Assembly: GCA_029259175.1 (NCBI GenBank)
Contig: JAPDJH010000001.1
Location: 32,001-96,000 of the forward strand
Length of the DNA stretch: 64,000 bases
Origin: Hadesarchaea archaeon
GTDB taxonomy: Archaea; Hadarchaeota; Hadarchaeia; Hadarchaeales; Hadarchaeaceae
Reading direction: 5' to 3'
Under the pieces are notes generated by a model. It had not been told where the DNA came from. It saw only the letters and a list, made by a program, of their open reading frames with translations, and did no database searches. The position numbers and the translations under genes are program-made. Each line of letters starts with the position of its first letter. Position 1 is the first letter of the stretch. Below, piece by piece: positions 1 to 9,619 of this stretch.

Positions 1-1
1 G

Positions 2-106
2 GCCTGCGCGCTCAAAAACCGGATTTTTGAGATAATCAGCGACGACAGGGAACTGGACAAAGTAAAAGAGATCAGGCGCATCCCCCTCCACAAAGCGGTC
101 GAATAG
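2..106 (+). CDS. C-terminal end of a PIN-domain (VapC-like) protein, truncated by the window start
   Basis: Frame 2 reads ACALKNRIFEIISDDRELDKVKEIRRIPLHKAVE*, matching the PIN C-terminal S/T-x-D-x-D-F-D pattern. Confidence 0.65.
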   Translation, partial: ACALKNRIFEIISDDRELDKVKEIRRIPLHKAVE

Positions 107-372
107 ATCGAGATTGGAATGCAAGCTTCGCGCCAAAACCACAATGACCCTGCGCTGACACGTCCTCAAAGACGAAGTCCGGCCGCTCGCGAATTCAAAC
201 CAAAAAATCGGGGCACGGGTCTCCGAAAGCAAAACGCATTCCATGTGGGTTTCCCCTAATCTCCCGAACTACCGCTGCTATCAGAATGTTGGCATCCTCT
301 TACCCAAACGAGAGGAAAGCACTTCAGAAAGCCTGGAAAGCCAAAAAATCAACACCAAGGCTGGGCAGAAAA

Positions 373-505
373 TGGCGCCGGGGGGAGGACTCGAACCTCC
401 GACCTCACGGTATCCGCACGGCCTCGCGTCAGCACACAGGGATTGAGGCTCGTTCTTCATCCGCCGCTTAACAGCCGTGCGCTCTACCTACTGAGCTACC
501 CCGGC
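373..505 (-). tRNA. tRNA-Asn(GTT) with a 57-nt intron (412-468) at canonical position 37/38; CCA encoded
   Basis: Reverse complement GCCGGGGTAGCTCAG...CACGG-CT-GTT-A/intron/A-CCGTG...GTTCGAGTCC...CCGGCGCCA; a bulge-helix-bulge can be drawn at the junctions. Confidence 0.95.
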
Positions 506-540
506 ACCATCTGGATATAAGAGGCTCCCACAATAAAAAC

Positions 541-1305
541 TCAACCTAGTCCCCTGAGCCTCGCGGGCCGCAGCATCAAATCGAGCGAGCTCCGCAGGTT
601 TTCCGAGTTGTCAAAACGCCTCACTATCCGCTCGAGCTCCGACTGCGGTCTCCCAGAGAGCCTCGAAGCCTCCCTCACCAGCAGGGGCACGGCGCGCACC
701 AAGTTGTCCACTATGGTGATGTGTGCGGCCCGGGCCGTGCGGGAGAGAGGATTCAAATCCACCGCAATCACAAACTTCCTCAGCCTCCTGAGTGCCTCTG
801 TCCGATCGCCGTCCTCGAGCGGCACGAAGACCACATCCGCGGCCTCAATTCCGCGCTTGTCGACCCATCTCCGATTGCTGTGGATCTCAGGTATCCTGAC
901 CGCGTAGCGCGGGTCTACTCCCAAAACCCTCCGGGCCCCGTGGTGCACGAGCCAACGCGCGATTCTGCGGGCACGCGCGTCCGAAGCATGGAAGAGATTT
1001 ACCTCCAGCTCCGCCCCCACCACCCGCGCCAGCCTCACTAGCTCCCGCGGAGCCAGCGCTGCGGCATTCCCGTTCACCGAAATCACCGGGCGTGAAGCCG
1101 CGAGCATCGCTGCCGCTGCCACACGGATGGCCCTCCTCGCCCACCTCGTCGTGCGCTCCCCCAGCAAGTAGTCAAACGCCTCGCCGCGCCCATGGGCCGC
1201 CAGCCCCTCCGGCACCACGAGCCCACGCCTGAAGCCTTCCACCAGCCGCTCGCGAATCCGCAGGGACTCGGCTCGCGGGTGTTTGGCCGACACGTGGCTC
1301 ATCAC
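541..1305 (-). CDS. pps: 4-phosphopantoate--beta-alanine ligase (archaeal phosphopantothenate synthetase)
   Basis: HPRAESL, AHGRGEAFDYLLGE, SVNGN, VPLEDGDR and DLNPLSRT motifs. Confidence 0.92.
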   Translation of the reverse strand: MMSHVSAKHPRAESLRIRERLVEGFRRGLVVPEGLAAHGRGEAFDYLLGERTTRWARRAIRVAAAAMLAASRPVISVNGNAAALAPRELVRLARVVGAELEVNLFHASDARARRIARWLVHHGARRVLGVDPRYAVRIPEIHSNRRWVDKRGIEAADVVFVPLEDGDRTEALRRLRKFVIAVDLNPLSRTARAAHITIVDNLVRAVPLLVREASRLSGRPQSELERIVRRFDNSENLRSSLDLMLRPARLRGLG

Positions 1306-1372
1306 GCGTTATTCTTGGCCCAAAATCAAAAAGCTTTTTGAGACCGCAACCAATCTATGGTGGAGCGAGAGG

Positions 1373-2029
1373 ATGAGAGACATCATCTGGCCAGTGCTGG
1401 CTCTCGTGGTCGCGCTCTTCGCCGTTGTCGTCGCGGTGGCCACCGGCCCGCTCGCCTTCGGGGTGGCCATCGCAACCCTCATGGTGGCTCTAGCAGTGGT
1501 GTACCAGTACCTCTACGTGCCGAAGCCCCAAGAACAAGAGATCCGAGTGGAGGACTTCTCCTGGTGGGCCGATCTGGGCGAGCCGCTTTTCCGATTGAAA
1601 GATGCCGACCCCAGCGATTCCGCCACGGCCGCTCAGCTGGTCGCCTCAGACTTGAAAGTCATCCACAAGAACTGTGCCCTGCTGCACGACCGCATCTCTC
1701 TGCTGATCGGACGGCGCGACTTCGAAGACCTCCCCGCACCCCTGCTCGTGACCGAGACCAAACAGGCTGCTGGTGCCCTCCAGCAAATAATCCAAGAGTG
1801 CGAGCAGGCCCTGCGCGTGCGCCCAGAACTCCACAAAAGCCTCGAGCGCATAGCCTCCCGCTTGGACCGTGTGGGCAACAAGCTGTACGAGTTCGAGCGG
1901 GGGAGGTCGGAGCTAATAAAGACCTATGCGGACCCCCTGAGACGGGCCGCCGAAAAGCTCTCGCGTGACCTGCGCAAAGCCGCCACCAATCTGTTCCAGT
2001 TCGAGAAGCGGATGAAGGGGGCCCAGTAG
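1373..2029 (+). CDS. Hypothetical membrane protein (two N-terminal TM helices, helical/coiled-coil C-terminus)
   Basis: Likely ATG at 1373 after GAGG; hydrophobic N-terminal ~45 aa; stop overlaps the GTG of the next gene. Confidence 0.7.
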   Translation: MRDIIWPVLALVVALFAVVVAVATGPLAFGVAIATLMVALAVVYQYLYVPKPQEQEIRVEDFSWWADLGEPLFRLKDADPSDSATAAQLVASDLKVIHKNCALLHDRISLLIGRRDFEDLPAPLLVTETKQAAGALQQIIQECEQALRVRPELHKSLERIASRLDRVGNKLYEFERGRSELIKTYADPLRRAAEKLSRDLRKAATNLFQFEKRMKGAQ

Positions 2030-3282
2030 TGGCCAAAAAGCCACACGTCAACCTCGTTTTCATCGGGCACGTGGATCACGGAAAATCGACCCTGATCGGC
2101 CGGATGCTTGTAGAAAAGGGCGTCATCTCGGAAAAGGAGCTCCAAGAGGAGGCCGGGAGCTTCAAGTTCGCCTGGGTGATGGATCGGGAAAAAGAGGAGC
2201 GCGAGCGCGGGGTGACCATCGACGTCGCCTACCAGAAGTTCGAAACGCCGAAAAATCTCATCACCATCATCGACGCCCCCGGACACCGCGACTTCATCAA
2301 GAATATGATCACCGGGGCCAGCCAGGCCGACGCTGCCGTCTTGGTGGTCGCAGCAGACGACGGCATCATGCCGCAGACGCGTGAGCACGCTGCGCTGGCG
2401 TTCACCCTAGGCGTCGACCAGCTCATCGTCACCATTAACAAGATGGATCTCGTGGACTACTCGGCGGACGTGTACACCAAGCTCCGAACGGAAATCAAAA
2501 ATCTGCTCTCCAGCATTGGATACAAAAACGTTGATCAGATCCCAATAATTCCGATCTCCGCCTTCTACGGAGAGGGGGTGACCAAGCCCAGCGAGCGCAT
2601 GCCCTGGTACAAGGGGCCCGTGTTCGTGCAGGCACTTGAGGAGCTGAAGGAGCCTCCCAAGCCAGTAGACAAACCGCTGCGAATCCCCATTCAAGACGTG
2701 TACTCCATAACGGGAGTCGGGACCGTGCCCATCGGCAGAGTCGAGACGGGAGTGCTCAAAGTCGGCGACACCGTGGTGTTCGAGCCAGCGGGAGTGAAGG
2801 GCGATGTGAAGTCCATCGAGATGCACCACGAGTCCATCCAGCAGGCGGAGCCGGGAGACAACATCGGGTTCAACGTGCGCGGAGTTGCAAAGGACCAGAT
2901 CAGGCGCGGAGACGTGGCCGGCCATCCAGACAACCCGCCAGCGGTCGTGCGCGAGTTCACCGCCAAAATCGTCGTGCTCACATCGCCCGGAGACATCGGC
3001 CCTGGATTCACGCCCACCTTCCACTGCCACGCGGCCCACGTTCCCGGACGCATAACCCAGCTCATGCAGAAGATCGACCCAAAAACCGGAAGCGTGGTGG
3101 AGGAGAACCCAGCAGCAATCAGGAAAGGGGACGCCGCCGTGATCCGTGTAGCTGTCCTCAAACCGCTTGTGATGGAGCGCTCCAGCGACATCCCCCAGCT
3201 GAGCCGGTTCGCCATACGGCACGCGGGGCAGACCATTGCAGCCGGAATATGCGTAGATATCGTGCCAGCTAAAAAATCATAG
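2029..3282 (+). CDS. tuf: Elongation factor 1-alpha paralog (second copy)
   Basis: [24 protein letters not shown] and SAF GTPase motifs; EF-1alpha domains II and III. Confidence 0.93.
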   Translation: MAKKPHVNLVFIGHVDHGKSTLIGRMLVEKGVISEKELQEEAGSFKFAWVMDREKEERERGVTIDVAYQKFETPKNLITIIDAPGHRDFIKNMITGASQADAAVLVVAADDGIMPQTREHAALAFTLGVDQLIVTINKMDLVDYSADVYTKLRTEIKNLLSSIGYKNVDQIPIIPISAFYGEGVTKPSERMPWYKGPVFVQALEELKEPPKPVDKPLRIPIQDVYSITGVGTVPIGRVETGVLKVGDTVVFEPAGVKGDVKSIEMHHESIQQAEPGDNIGFNVRGVAKDQIRRGDVAGHPDNPPAVVREFTAKIVVLTSPGDIGPGFTPTFHCHAAHVPGRITQLMQKIDPKTGSVVEENPAAIRKGDAAVIRVAVLKPLVMERSSDIPQLSRFAIRHAGQTIAAGICVDIVPAKKS

Positions 3283-4077
3283 AACGGGCACGACCGGCGG
3301 ACTCAGCTTGTGCTGATTGCTCGCCTCGCGTCGGATAACCTTTCTCACAACTGCCAACGAAACGTGCAGCGCACGTGCGATCTCAGCTGGAGCGAACCCG
3401 AGATCAAGAGCCACGAGCACACGGTCTAGCACTTCGTAGGAGAGACCGAGCTCCGCCTCGTCCGTCTGCCCCGGCCAGAGCCCTGCACTCGGCGTTTTCT
3501 CTATAATCGACTGCGGAACGCCCAGATACCTCGCCAGCGCCCTCACCTGGGTCTTGTACAGAGCACCCAGAGGCAGGAGATCGCAGCCGCCGTCCCCGTA
3601 CTTGGTGAAGTAGCCCATGCGCAACTCGCTCCGATTCCCCGTGCCAACGACCAAGGCACGGCGCGCATTGGCGTGATAGTACAGAATGCACATGCGGATA
3701 CGGGCCTTCAGATTGGCGAGAGCCAGCAAATGAGGGCGAAGCACACCGCGAAACGGTTTGAGCAGAGGAGCTATGTCGATGGTCTTGACTTGGATTCCCA
3801 GCTGCTTTGAGATCGTGCGCACATCGCGCTTGTCCTCCGGTGGTGTGACTCCCCGCTCCGGGAGAAAGAACATCCACGTCTTCTTCCTTCCCAGAGCTCG
3901 GACACAGAGATGAGCGACAACCGAGGAGTCCACCCCCCCGCTCACCCCCACCACCACTCCTCTAGCACCCGCCGCTCGCAACCGTTTCCTGAGAAATCCC
4001 TCTATCTGGCGCGCGACTTTCGCCGGTCGGATTTCCAGCGAGCGCTCAACTGCCCGAACCACACGTTCAGAAACCAT
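3277..4077 (-). CDS. nadE: NH3-dependent NAD+ synthetase
   Basis: [22 protein letters not shown] and [12 protein letters not shown] motifs. Confidence 0.95.
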   Translation of the reverse strand: MVSERVVRAVERSLEIRPAKVARQIEGFLRKRLRAAGARGVVVGVSGGVDSSVVAHLCVRALGRKKTWMFFLPERGVTPPEDKRDVRTISKQLGIQVKTIDIAPLLKPFRGVLRPHLLALANLKARIRMCILYYHANARRALVVGTGNRSELRMGYFTKYGDGGCDLLPLGALYKTQVRALARYLGVPQSIIEKTPSAGLWPGQTDEAELGLSYEVLDRVLVALDLGFAPAEIARALHVSLAVVRKVIRREASNQHKLSPPVVPVL

Positions 4078-4120
4078 CGACCTCGTAAGACTATGGTGGT
4101 GAAACCGTTAAAAATTGAGC

Positions 4121-4939
4121 TCAGAACTTTCTGGGATACGAGCCCAAGATCTTCAACATCGCGGTCTTTTGCCTCACGCCCTCCAGCGCCTCCACGACGA
4201 CCGGATCCTCGCGGTGGCCCTCGAAATCGATGAAAAAGAGATAATCGCCCAGTGCCTTCTTGGAGGGTCTCGACTCGATCTTCGTGAGATTGATCTTTCT
4301 GGAGGCGAACTCTCCGAGAATCTCGTACAGGATGCCAGGACGATCCCGCTCCGTGTAAAACACTATCGACGTCTTGTCCTTTCCCGAGGGGGGCGAGTCG
4401 GATTTGCCAAGACAGAAGAAGCGCGTGAGGTTTTCCTCGCCCTCGGAGACGTTATCTCTCAGTATCTCCAGCCCGTAGAGCTCAGCAAGCCGGGCCGGGC
4501 CCACCGCCGCCATGTGCGATTGTCTCAGCTTGGCCACCTGCTCCGCGGCGCGCGCGGTGCTCGTCATCTCGATCAGCTCCACATTGGGGAGGTGGGTCTG
4601 GAAGAACCTCCGGGATTGGGAGAGAGCCTGCGGATGCGACAGTACCTGCGTTATCTGGTCCAAGCGCGTGCCCGGAACCACCAGCAACGCATGAGTCACG
4701 GGCAGAACGATTTCCGCTTTAACCCTGACGTCCATCCACGCCAGCGCATCCAGCGCTTCTCCCACCGAACCCTCGCGCAAGCTTTCGACCGGGATGACCC
4801 CGTGCTCCACCGCTCCCTCAGCAACCAAGCGTGCCACGTCCGTGATGCTCTGGCAGTAGAAAAAATCCGCTTTCCCGAAGTATTCCAGCGCCGCCAGCTC
4901 CGAGAAAGTCCCGCGCGGACCCAGAACGGCAACCCTCAT
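4121..4939 (-). CDS. pheA: Prephenate dehydratase with ACT domain
   Basis: LGPRGTFS, SHPQALSQ, TRF and INLTKIESRP motifs. Confidence 0.95.
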   Translation of the reverse strand: MRVAVLGPRGTFSELAALEYFGKADFFYCQSITDVARLVAEGAVEHGVIPVESLREGSVGEALDALAWMDVRVKAEIVLPVTHALLVVPGTRLDQITQVLSHPQALSQSRRFFQTHLPNVELIEMTSTARAAEQVAKLRQSHMAAVGPARLAELYGLEILRDNVSEGEENLTRFFCLGKSDSPPSGKDKTSIVFYTERDRPGILYEILGEFASRKINLTKIESRPSKKALGDYLFFIDFEGHREDPVVVEALEGVRQKTAMLKILGSYPRKF

Positions 4940-5790
4940 TCCATCACCTCGAAATTCTCGTACAGCTTCTTGTACGCGTCCTGCACATCTGACTGTGGAA
5001 GGATCTCACGCAGCTTTTCGAAGACCTCGTGGACGCTTTTCAGATTGCCCGCGGAGAGCATGGTGTCCAAGCTCTTACAGGCCTCGATCAGACGCGCACG
5101 CACGATTCTGGAATATGTGTTGTACACCTGAATCTCACCGTAGAGCTCCGGACTGGCAGCCAACATGGCCTCCGCCGTCCTGAAGAGGGAGTTGAACAAA
5201 GGTGTGCGGATGGGCCGCTTGTCAAACTCGCGCAGCGACTCGTAGGCCGAGAGATAGCCCAAGAGCACGAAGTGGGTCATGCACTGAATCACTGCCATGA
5301 GCTTGTCGTGATCCTCGGCGCTCATCTCGGTGACTCTCGCGCCCAGCGACTCCAAGGACCTTACGAATCGCTTGTAGACGCTGGCCGTGCGCACCGGGAC
5401 GCTGATCACGTCCTTTCCTTGGAGCGTGGTGGCGCCGGGACCGAAAAGGGGATGGATGGACGCGAGCTCGCAATCGGTGCTGAGGCCCTTCATCGTATCC
5501 ACCACCCGTTCCTTCACCGAGCTCAGATCGACCAACAAACGATTTTTCTTCATCTTTGGAGCGATGTCCTCAAGCACCCTCGGGGTCTCGGGAATGGGCA
5601 CGGCCACCATCACCACATCGGCATCCGGCTCGAGCTCCTTCGCGCTCACGTACTCCACTCCCAAACGCGAAGCAACCCGGCTGGCCTTGCGCCCATCGAT
5701 ATCGCACAGCACCACCTCTCCCACGTTCTCCTTCCACACACGGGCCATCCAGCTGCCCATCGCTCCACATCCGATGATGAGCACCCTCAC
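4936..5790 (-). CDS. tyrA: Prephenate dehydrogenase
   Basis: GxGxMG Rossmann motif, DLSSVK, HPLFGP, HDKLMA. Confidence 0.92.
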   Translation of the reverse strand: MRVLIIGCGAMGSWMARVWKENVGEVVLCDIDGRKASRVASRLGVEYVSAKELEPDADVVMVAVPIPETPRVLEDIAPKMKKNRLLVDLSSVKERVVDTMKGLSTDCELASIHPLFGPGATTLQGKDVISVPVRTASVYKRFVRSLESLGARVTEMSAEDHDKLMAVIQCMTHFVLLGYLSAYESLREFDKRPIRTPLFNSLFRTAEAMLAASPELYGEIQVYNTYSRIVRARLIEACKSLDTMLSAGNLKSVHEVFEKLREILPQSDVQDAYKKLYENFEVME

Positions 5791-6638
5791 TCTCGTCCCT
5801 CCGCAGCTCTTTTAGCCGCGCGCATCATGGTGTGTAAAGGGGGATCCCTCCGCGTCCACAGCTTGAAAGAGAGCGCCGCTTGGTAGACCAGCATCTGGAG
5901 ACCGTCCACGGTCCGGCACCCTGCTTTCTCTGCCTCCCTCAGCAGTCTGGTCCGAAGCGGCTTGTACACGATATCCATCACCGATACCTCCGGACTCAGC
6001 ATGTCTGCCGTAACGAGTGTGTCTTCGGGATGCGGCAACATGCCAACAGAGGTGGCGTTTATCAACAGATCGGATCCGGAAAGCGCTTTCTTTAGCTCAC
6101 GCTTACGCAGCCCTATGATTCTGATCTCCGCGCCGAGCTTTTTCCGGAGGATTGCGGCGAGCGCCTCAGCACGAGACACCGTTCGATTCGCAACCACCAC
6201 CTGGCACCCCTTCTGCACCAGAGAAAAAACTATCGCGCGAGCGGCGCCGCCCGCGCCCAGCACCACTACCCGCATCCCGCTTATGGGCCCGAGATTTTTC
6301 TCGAGGGCCCGCATCGCCCCCTCTCCATCCGTGTTGTAGCCCACAAGGACCCCTTTTCGGTTCACCACGGTGTTGACGGCCTCCACCAACGAGGCCGAGC
6401 GATCCAAGCGGTCCAACAAGCTCATCACATCAACCTTGTAAGGAATAGTGACGTTGAAACCCTTGGTCCAAAACCTTGAGGCGCTGACCACTTGGGAGAG
6501 GTATCCCTGCGGGGTCTCTACAGCAACATAAAGGGCGCGCATCCGCAGGGCGCGAAAAGCCGCATTGTGAATGGCGGGCGAAAGACTTCCAGACACCGGA
6601 TTGCCGACCAGCATATAGAGCGAAAAGGGCCTGCTCAA
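5787..6638 (-). CDS. aroE: Shikimate dehydrogenase
   Basis: SLSPAIHN, NVTIPYK, AVNT, NTDG and GAGGAARA motifs. Confidence 0.95.
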   Translation of the reverse strand: MSRPFSLYMLVGNPVSGSLSPAIHNAAFRALRMRALYVAVETPQGYLSQVVSASRFWTKGFNVTIPYKVDVMSLLDRLDRSASLVEAVNTVVNRKGVLVGYNTDGEGAMRALEKNLGPISGMRVVVLGAGGAARAIVFSLVQKGCQVVVANRTVSRAEALAAILRKKLGAEIRIIGLRKRELKKALSGSDLLINATSVGMLPHPEDTLVTADMLSPEVSVMDIVYKPLRTRLLREAEKAGCRTVDGLQMLVYQAALSFKLWTRRDPPLHTMMRAAKRAAEGRE

Positions 6639-7360
6639 TCTTCGACCTCCCAGCGCGGAAGCGAACTCAGTACCCGCACCGTTTCCCGCACACTCAGCTG
6701 TCCCGGTGCCGTTGGCTTTCCGGCTGCCGCGTACACAAGCGGAACCCCCACTATGGGCCCAACGAAGCGGGTGAACATTCCGGCCTCTCCCATGGCAAAC
6801 GCGATGACTGGCCGATCCACCACATCACGACTTGAAACGACGAATTCAAGAATTCTCAGACCGTCCCTCAGCGTGCATGCAGTCGTAACTATTTTGAGCA
6901 AATCGCAGGGGCGCCGAGCCATCCGCCCGGCCAGCGCAAGCAATCGAGCTGGTCTCGGAGTTCGCTTGAAGTCGTGATGCGAGAGAAGAATTGACGTATG
7001 CCCAGCCTTTTCCCGAATCTGAGCGGCCAAACGAGGGGGCGTCGAGAACTCCACATCCACGCACTCCACTCCACTCGAGACCCCCTGAACGAGAAGGCGA
7101 ACCCGCTCTGACTCCGATCCACGGAAGTGCCCCCCCTCTCTCGGGGAACGATTGGTAAGAATTACAGGACCATCCAGATCAAGTACTCTCTCCCACCCAC
7201 CGAAATTTCTTAGAGAGTCTATCCGGAGCTCAACCACATCAGCACCCTCTGAGATCGCCTTCTTAGCTAATTGGAGCATCGACCTCGGCGTGGGGGCCTG
7301 GACCGCTGCACAAACAGCTGGGGTTCTGATGCGTCTTCGACCCAAACGGATCTCGCCCAT
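6635..7360 (-). CDS. aroD: Type I 3-dehydroquinate dehydratase
   Basis: ELRID, REGG, SHHDF and APGQ motifs. Confidence 0.92.
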   Translation of the reverse strand: MGEIRLGRRRIRTPAVCAAVQAPTPRSMLQLAKKAISEGADVVELRIDSLRNFGGWERVLDLDGPVILTNRSPREGGHFRGSESERVRLLVQGVSSGVECVDVEFSTPPRLAAQIREKAGHTSILLSHHDFKRTPRPARLLALAGRMARRPCDLLKIVTTACTLRDGLRILEFVVSSRDVVDRPVIAFAMGEAGMFTRFVGPIVGVPLVYAAAGKPTAPGQLSVRETVRVLSSLPRWEVED

Positions 7361-7366
7361 AACTGC

Positions 7367-8476
7367 TCACCGCTCGACCAGCGTCTCCTCCACCCGCTTG
7401 CCGAAGTGCCGCCCGCCCGCCTCCACCAAAACCAGCAGCTCTTGGCCGGGGGACAGACGGGTGACCGGAATCGGGTTTCCATTAGCATCCACAAGATTGA
7501 TCGTTTCAGCGTTCTGCAACAAGACCTTGAACGTCCTGCCGGCGCTCTCCGCCTCAACAAGCACCATGGGTCTGCGCTCTATCTTCACTCGTCCCACAAC
7601 CGCCGGGCGTCCCCTTCCCTTAGAATCGACGACCAAGACCTCGTCCCCTGCTTTCAGCTCCGAGAGATACTTGGTTTTCCCTCCCGGCACGCGGATGTAG
7701 GAATGTACCCCACCGGCGTTCACGCGGAAAGGTCTGGGCTCCACGAACTCGCTCGGAAGCGTCTCGGAGTGCACGAGAAAGAGCCCCTCTGCCTGGCTTC
7801 CGACCAGCATTCCCTCTCCAACCTCCAGCATCGAAGTGGTGTCGACGCAGGCCCTGTCGCCAATCCCGGCGGGCGTAACGCTGACTACGCGGGCAGTTGT
7901 CAAGGAGAGCGACTCCCTGCTCAGCTCGTCCAGGCGCTCACACGTTCGTTCGATCTCCTTTGGATCGCGTGAATCGAGCAGAACACCGTGTGTTCCAACC
8001 TCAAGTGTTTGGGCCGCCAGCACGGCCTCGTCAGCGCTCCTCACCTCAGCCAAAAGCCGTCCGGGGAGTTTTTGGAAATCGGCGATCAGGTTTTCCAGCG
8101 GGATTATCTTCCAGTCCTTGGCGCAAACCAAAACAAAATCGGCGACAGACCCCAGCTCCGCCGCCGCTCGCTCGCTCTGCTTGTCGACCACATCAACAGT
8201 CACTGCTGTTTTCTTTCCGCTCTGCTTCACGCGCGTGGCCCAGCCCTTCACCTCCTGCAGCTCGGATGGCGAACTCAACCGCCTGAGGACCACACCCACC
8301 CCTGGCAGGTCCTCAGAGGAGGCGACTAGCACTGATCCGAGCTCCAGAACCGGGCGGACTTCGTCGGGGCGGACCACTATGGCATCCACGCCGCACTCTA
8401 TGGCTTTCTTCACGAGTTTCTTTTTAGTGTCCCAGCTCTCCTCTCCATCGGCCCGAACCCACACCAACTTGCGCAA
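7367..8476 (-). CDS. aroB': 3-dehydroquinate synthase II (archaeal AroB')
   Basis: DWKIIPLENLIA, GDRACVD, RPFRVNAG, LQNAETI and GRHFG motifs. Confidence 0.93.
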   Translation of the reverse strand: MRKLVWVRADGEESWDTKKKLVKKAIECGVDAIVVRPDEVRPVLELGSVLVASSEDLPGVGVVLRRLSSPSELQEVKGWATRVKQSGKKTAVTVDVVDKQSERAAAELGSVADFVLVCAKDWKIIPLENLIADFQKLPGRLLAEVRSADEAVLAAQTLEVGTHGVLLDSRDPKEIERTCERLDELSRESLSLTTARVVSVTPAGIGDRACVDTTSMLEVGEGMLVGSQAEGLFLVHSETLPSEFVEPRPFRVNAGGVHSYIRVPGGKTKYLSELKAGDEVLVVDSKGRGRPAVVGRVKIERRPMVLVEAESAGRTFKVLLQNAETINLVDANGNPIPVTRLSPGQELLVLVEAGGRHFGKRVEETLVER

Positions 8477-8483
8477 CGTTTCT

Positions 8484-9293
8484 TCACCCTTCGAGTTCCT
8501 TCATTGCCTCATCGACAGAAAAACCCTCGTGGACGATTTTGGCTAGAGCCCGCGTCATGCGCATTGGGTCGCGATGCTGGAAAATATTGCGGCCTATGGA
8601 GATCCCAATAGCCCCGGCTTCGATCGCGTCGGCCGCCATTTGCAACACGTCTCGCTCGGTGGCCGCCTTGGGCCCGCCGGCTATCACGACTGGAACGGGA
8701 CAACCGCGAACCACCTTGCGGAAGGAATCCACATCGCCAGTGTAGACAGTCTTCACGATGTCGGCCCCGAGTTCGGCACCCACACGTGCCGCATGGGCGA
8801 CCAAGTCCGGATCGTGCTGATTCTTGACTTTCGGGCCACGCGGATACATCATGGCAAACAGAGGTATCCCCCATCGATCACACGCTTCGGCAACCTCCCC
8901 CAGAGTTCTAAGCTGCTCCGGCTCGTTCGTCGCCCCCACGTTGATGTGAACCGACACTCCATCGGCGCCCAATGCGAGCGCCTCCTCAACCGAGGCCACT
9001 TGGACCTTAGAGTTCGGGTCCGGACCCAAGGACGTGCTTCCCGAGAGGTGAATTATCAGACCGATATCGCGGCCGTATCCGCGGTGCCCTGCTCGAACGA
9101 TCCCCTTGTGGAGCACCACCGCGTTGGCGCCCCCTTCAGCAACACTGTTGATGGTGGCCGCCATGTCCTCCAAGCCCTGAATCGGACCCATGGAAAGGCC
9201 GTGGTCCATGGGGACGATCACGGTGCGTCTTGTCTTCCTGTCGATGATGCGCTCAAGCCTTATTCGCTTGCCCACCTCGGACAGCCAAATCAC
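8484..9293 (-). CDS. aroA': 2-amino-3,7-dideoxy-D-threo-hept-6-ulosonate synthase (archaeal AroA', class I aldolase)
   Basis: [23 protein letters not shown] and GRNIFQ motifs; adjacent to aroB'. Confidence 0.9.
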   Translation of the reverse strand: MIWLSEVGKRIRLERIIDRKTRRTVIVPMDHGLSMGPIQGLEDMAATINSVAEGGANAVVLHKGIVRAGHRGYGRDIGLIIHLSGSTSLGPDPNSKVQVASVEEALALGADGVSVHINVGATNEPEQLRTLGEVAEACDRWGIPLFAMMYPRGPKVKNQHDPDLVAHAARVGAELGADIVKTVYTGDVDSFRKVVRGCPVPVVIAGGPKAATERDVLQMAADAIEAGAIGISIGRNIFQHRDPMRMTRALAKIVHEGFSVDEAMKELEG

Positions 9294-9362
9294 CCTCTCA
9301 TACTAACTCCAACCCAATTAAAAGGTGTGTGGTCAGTCATGCGCGACGCAACTGGAAGAGGA

Positions 9363-9569
9363 CTACGATAAATCGTGGAGTTCCAAGATCGGGTTTCGAG
9401 ACTACGATAAATCGTAGTTGGTGCTGATTCTGCATGTTCTCCCCTTGCGCTCGTGGTGATGAGCTCTACGATAAATCGTAGAGTTCCCCAACTCAAATCG
9501 CGAGGTCTACGATAAATCGTAGACTTTCCATTCCGAACCGGGGCGCGAGAGGACTACGATAAATCGTAG
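9363..9569. repeat. Five copies of the 16-bp palindrome CTACGAT-AA-ATCGTAG (putative operator array)
   Basis: Copies at 9363-9378 (one mismatch), 9402-9417, 9466-9481, 9507-9522 and 9554-9569, in the intergenic region between divergent aro operons. Confidence 0.95.
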
Positions 9570-9619
9570 ACCTTCTTCTCAATTCAGTCATCATTATAGG
9601 CTCACAACACAAAACCAAC

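Noticed and set aside
157-185. Hammerhead-like CTGA...stem...GAA pattern
   Set aside because: The core reads CTGACAC and GAAG instead of CUGANGA and GAAA, and no stems I/III are evident
243-471. Short + strand ORFs (67 and 61 aa)
   Set aside because: They run antisense into tRNA-Asn and show no protein motif
9363-9569. CRISPR array or replication origin interpretation of the palindromic repeats
   Set aside because: The core repeat is only 16 bp, spacers vary from 23 to 48 nt, and there is no leader or cas gene; there is no ORB-like G-string motif or cdc6 nearby
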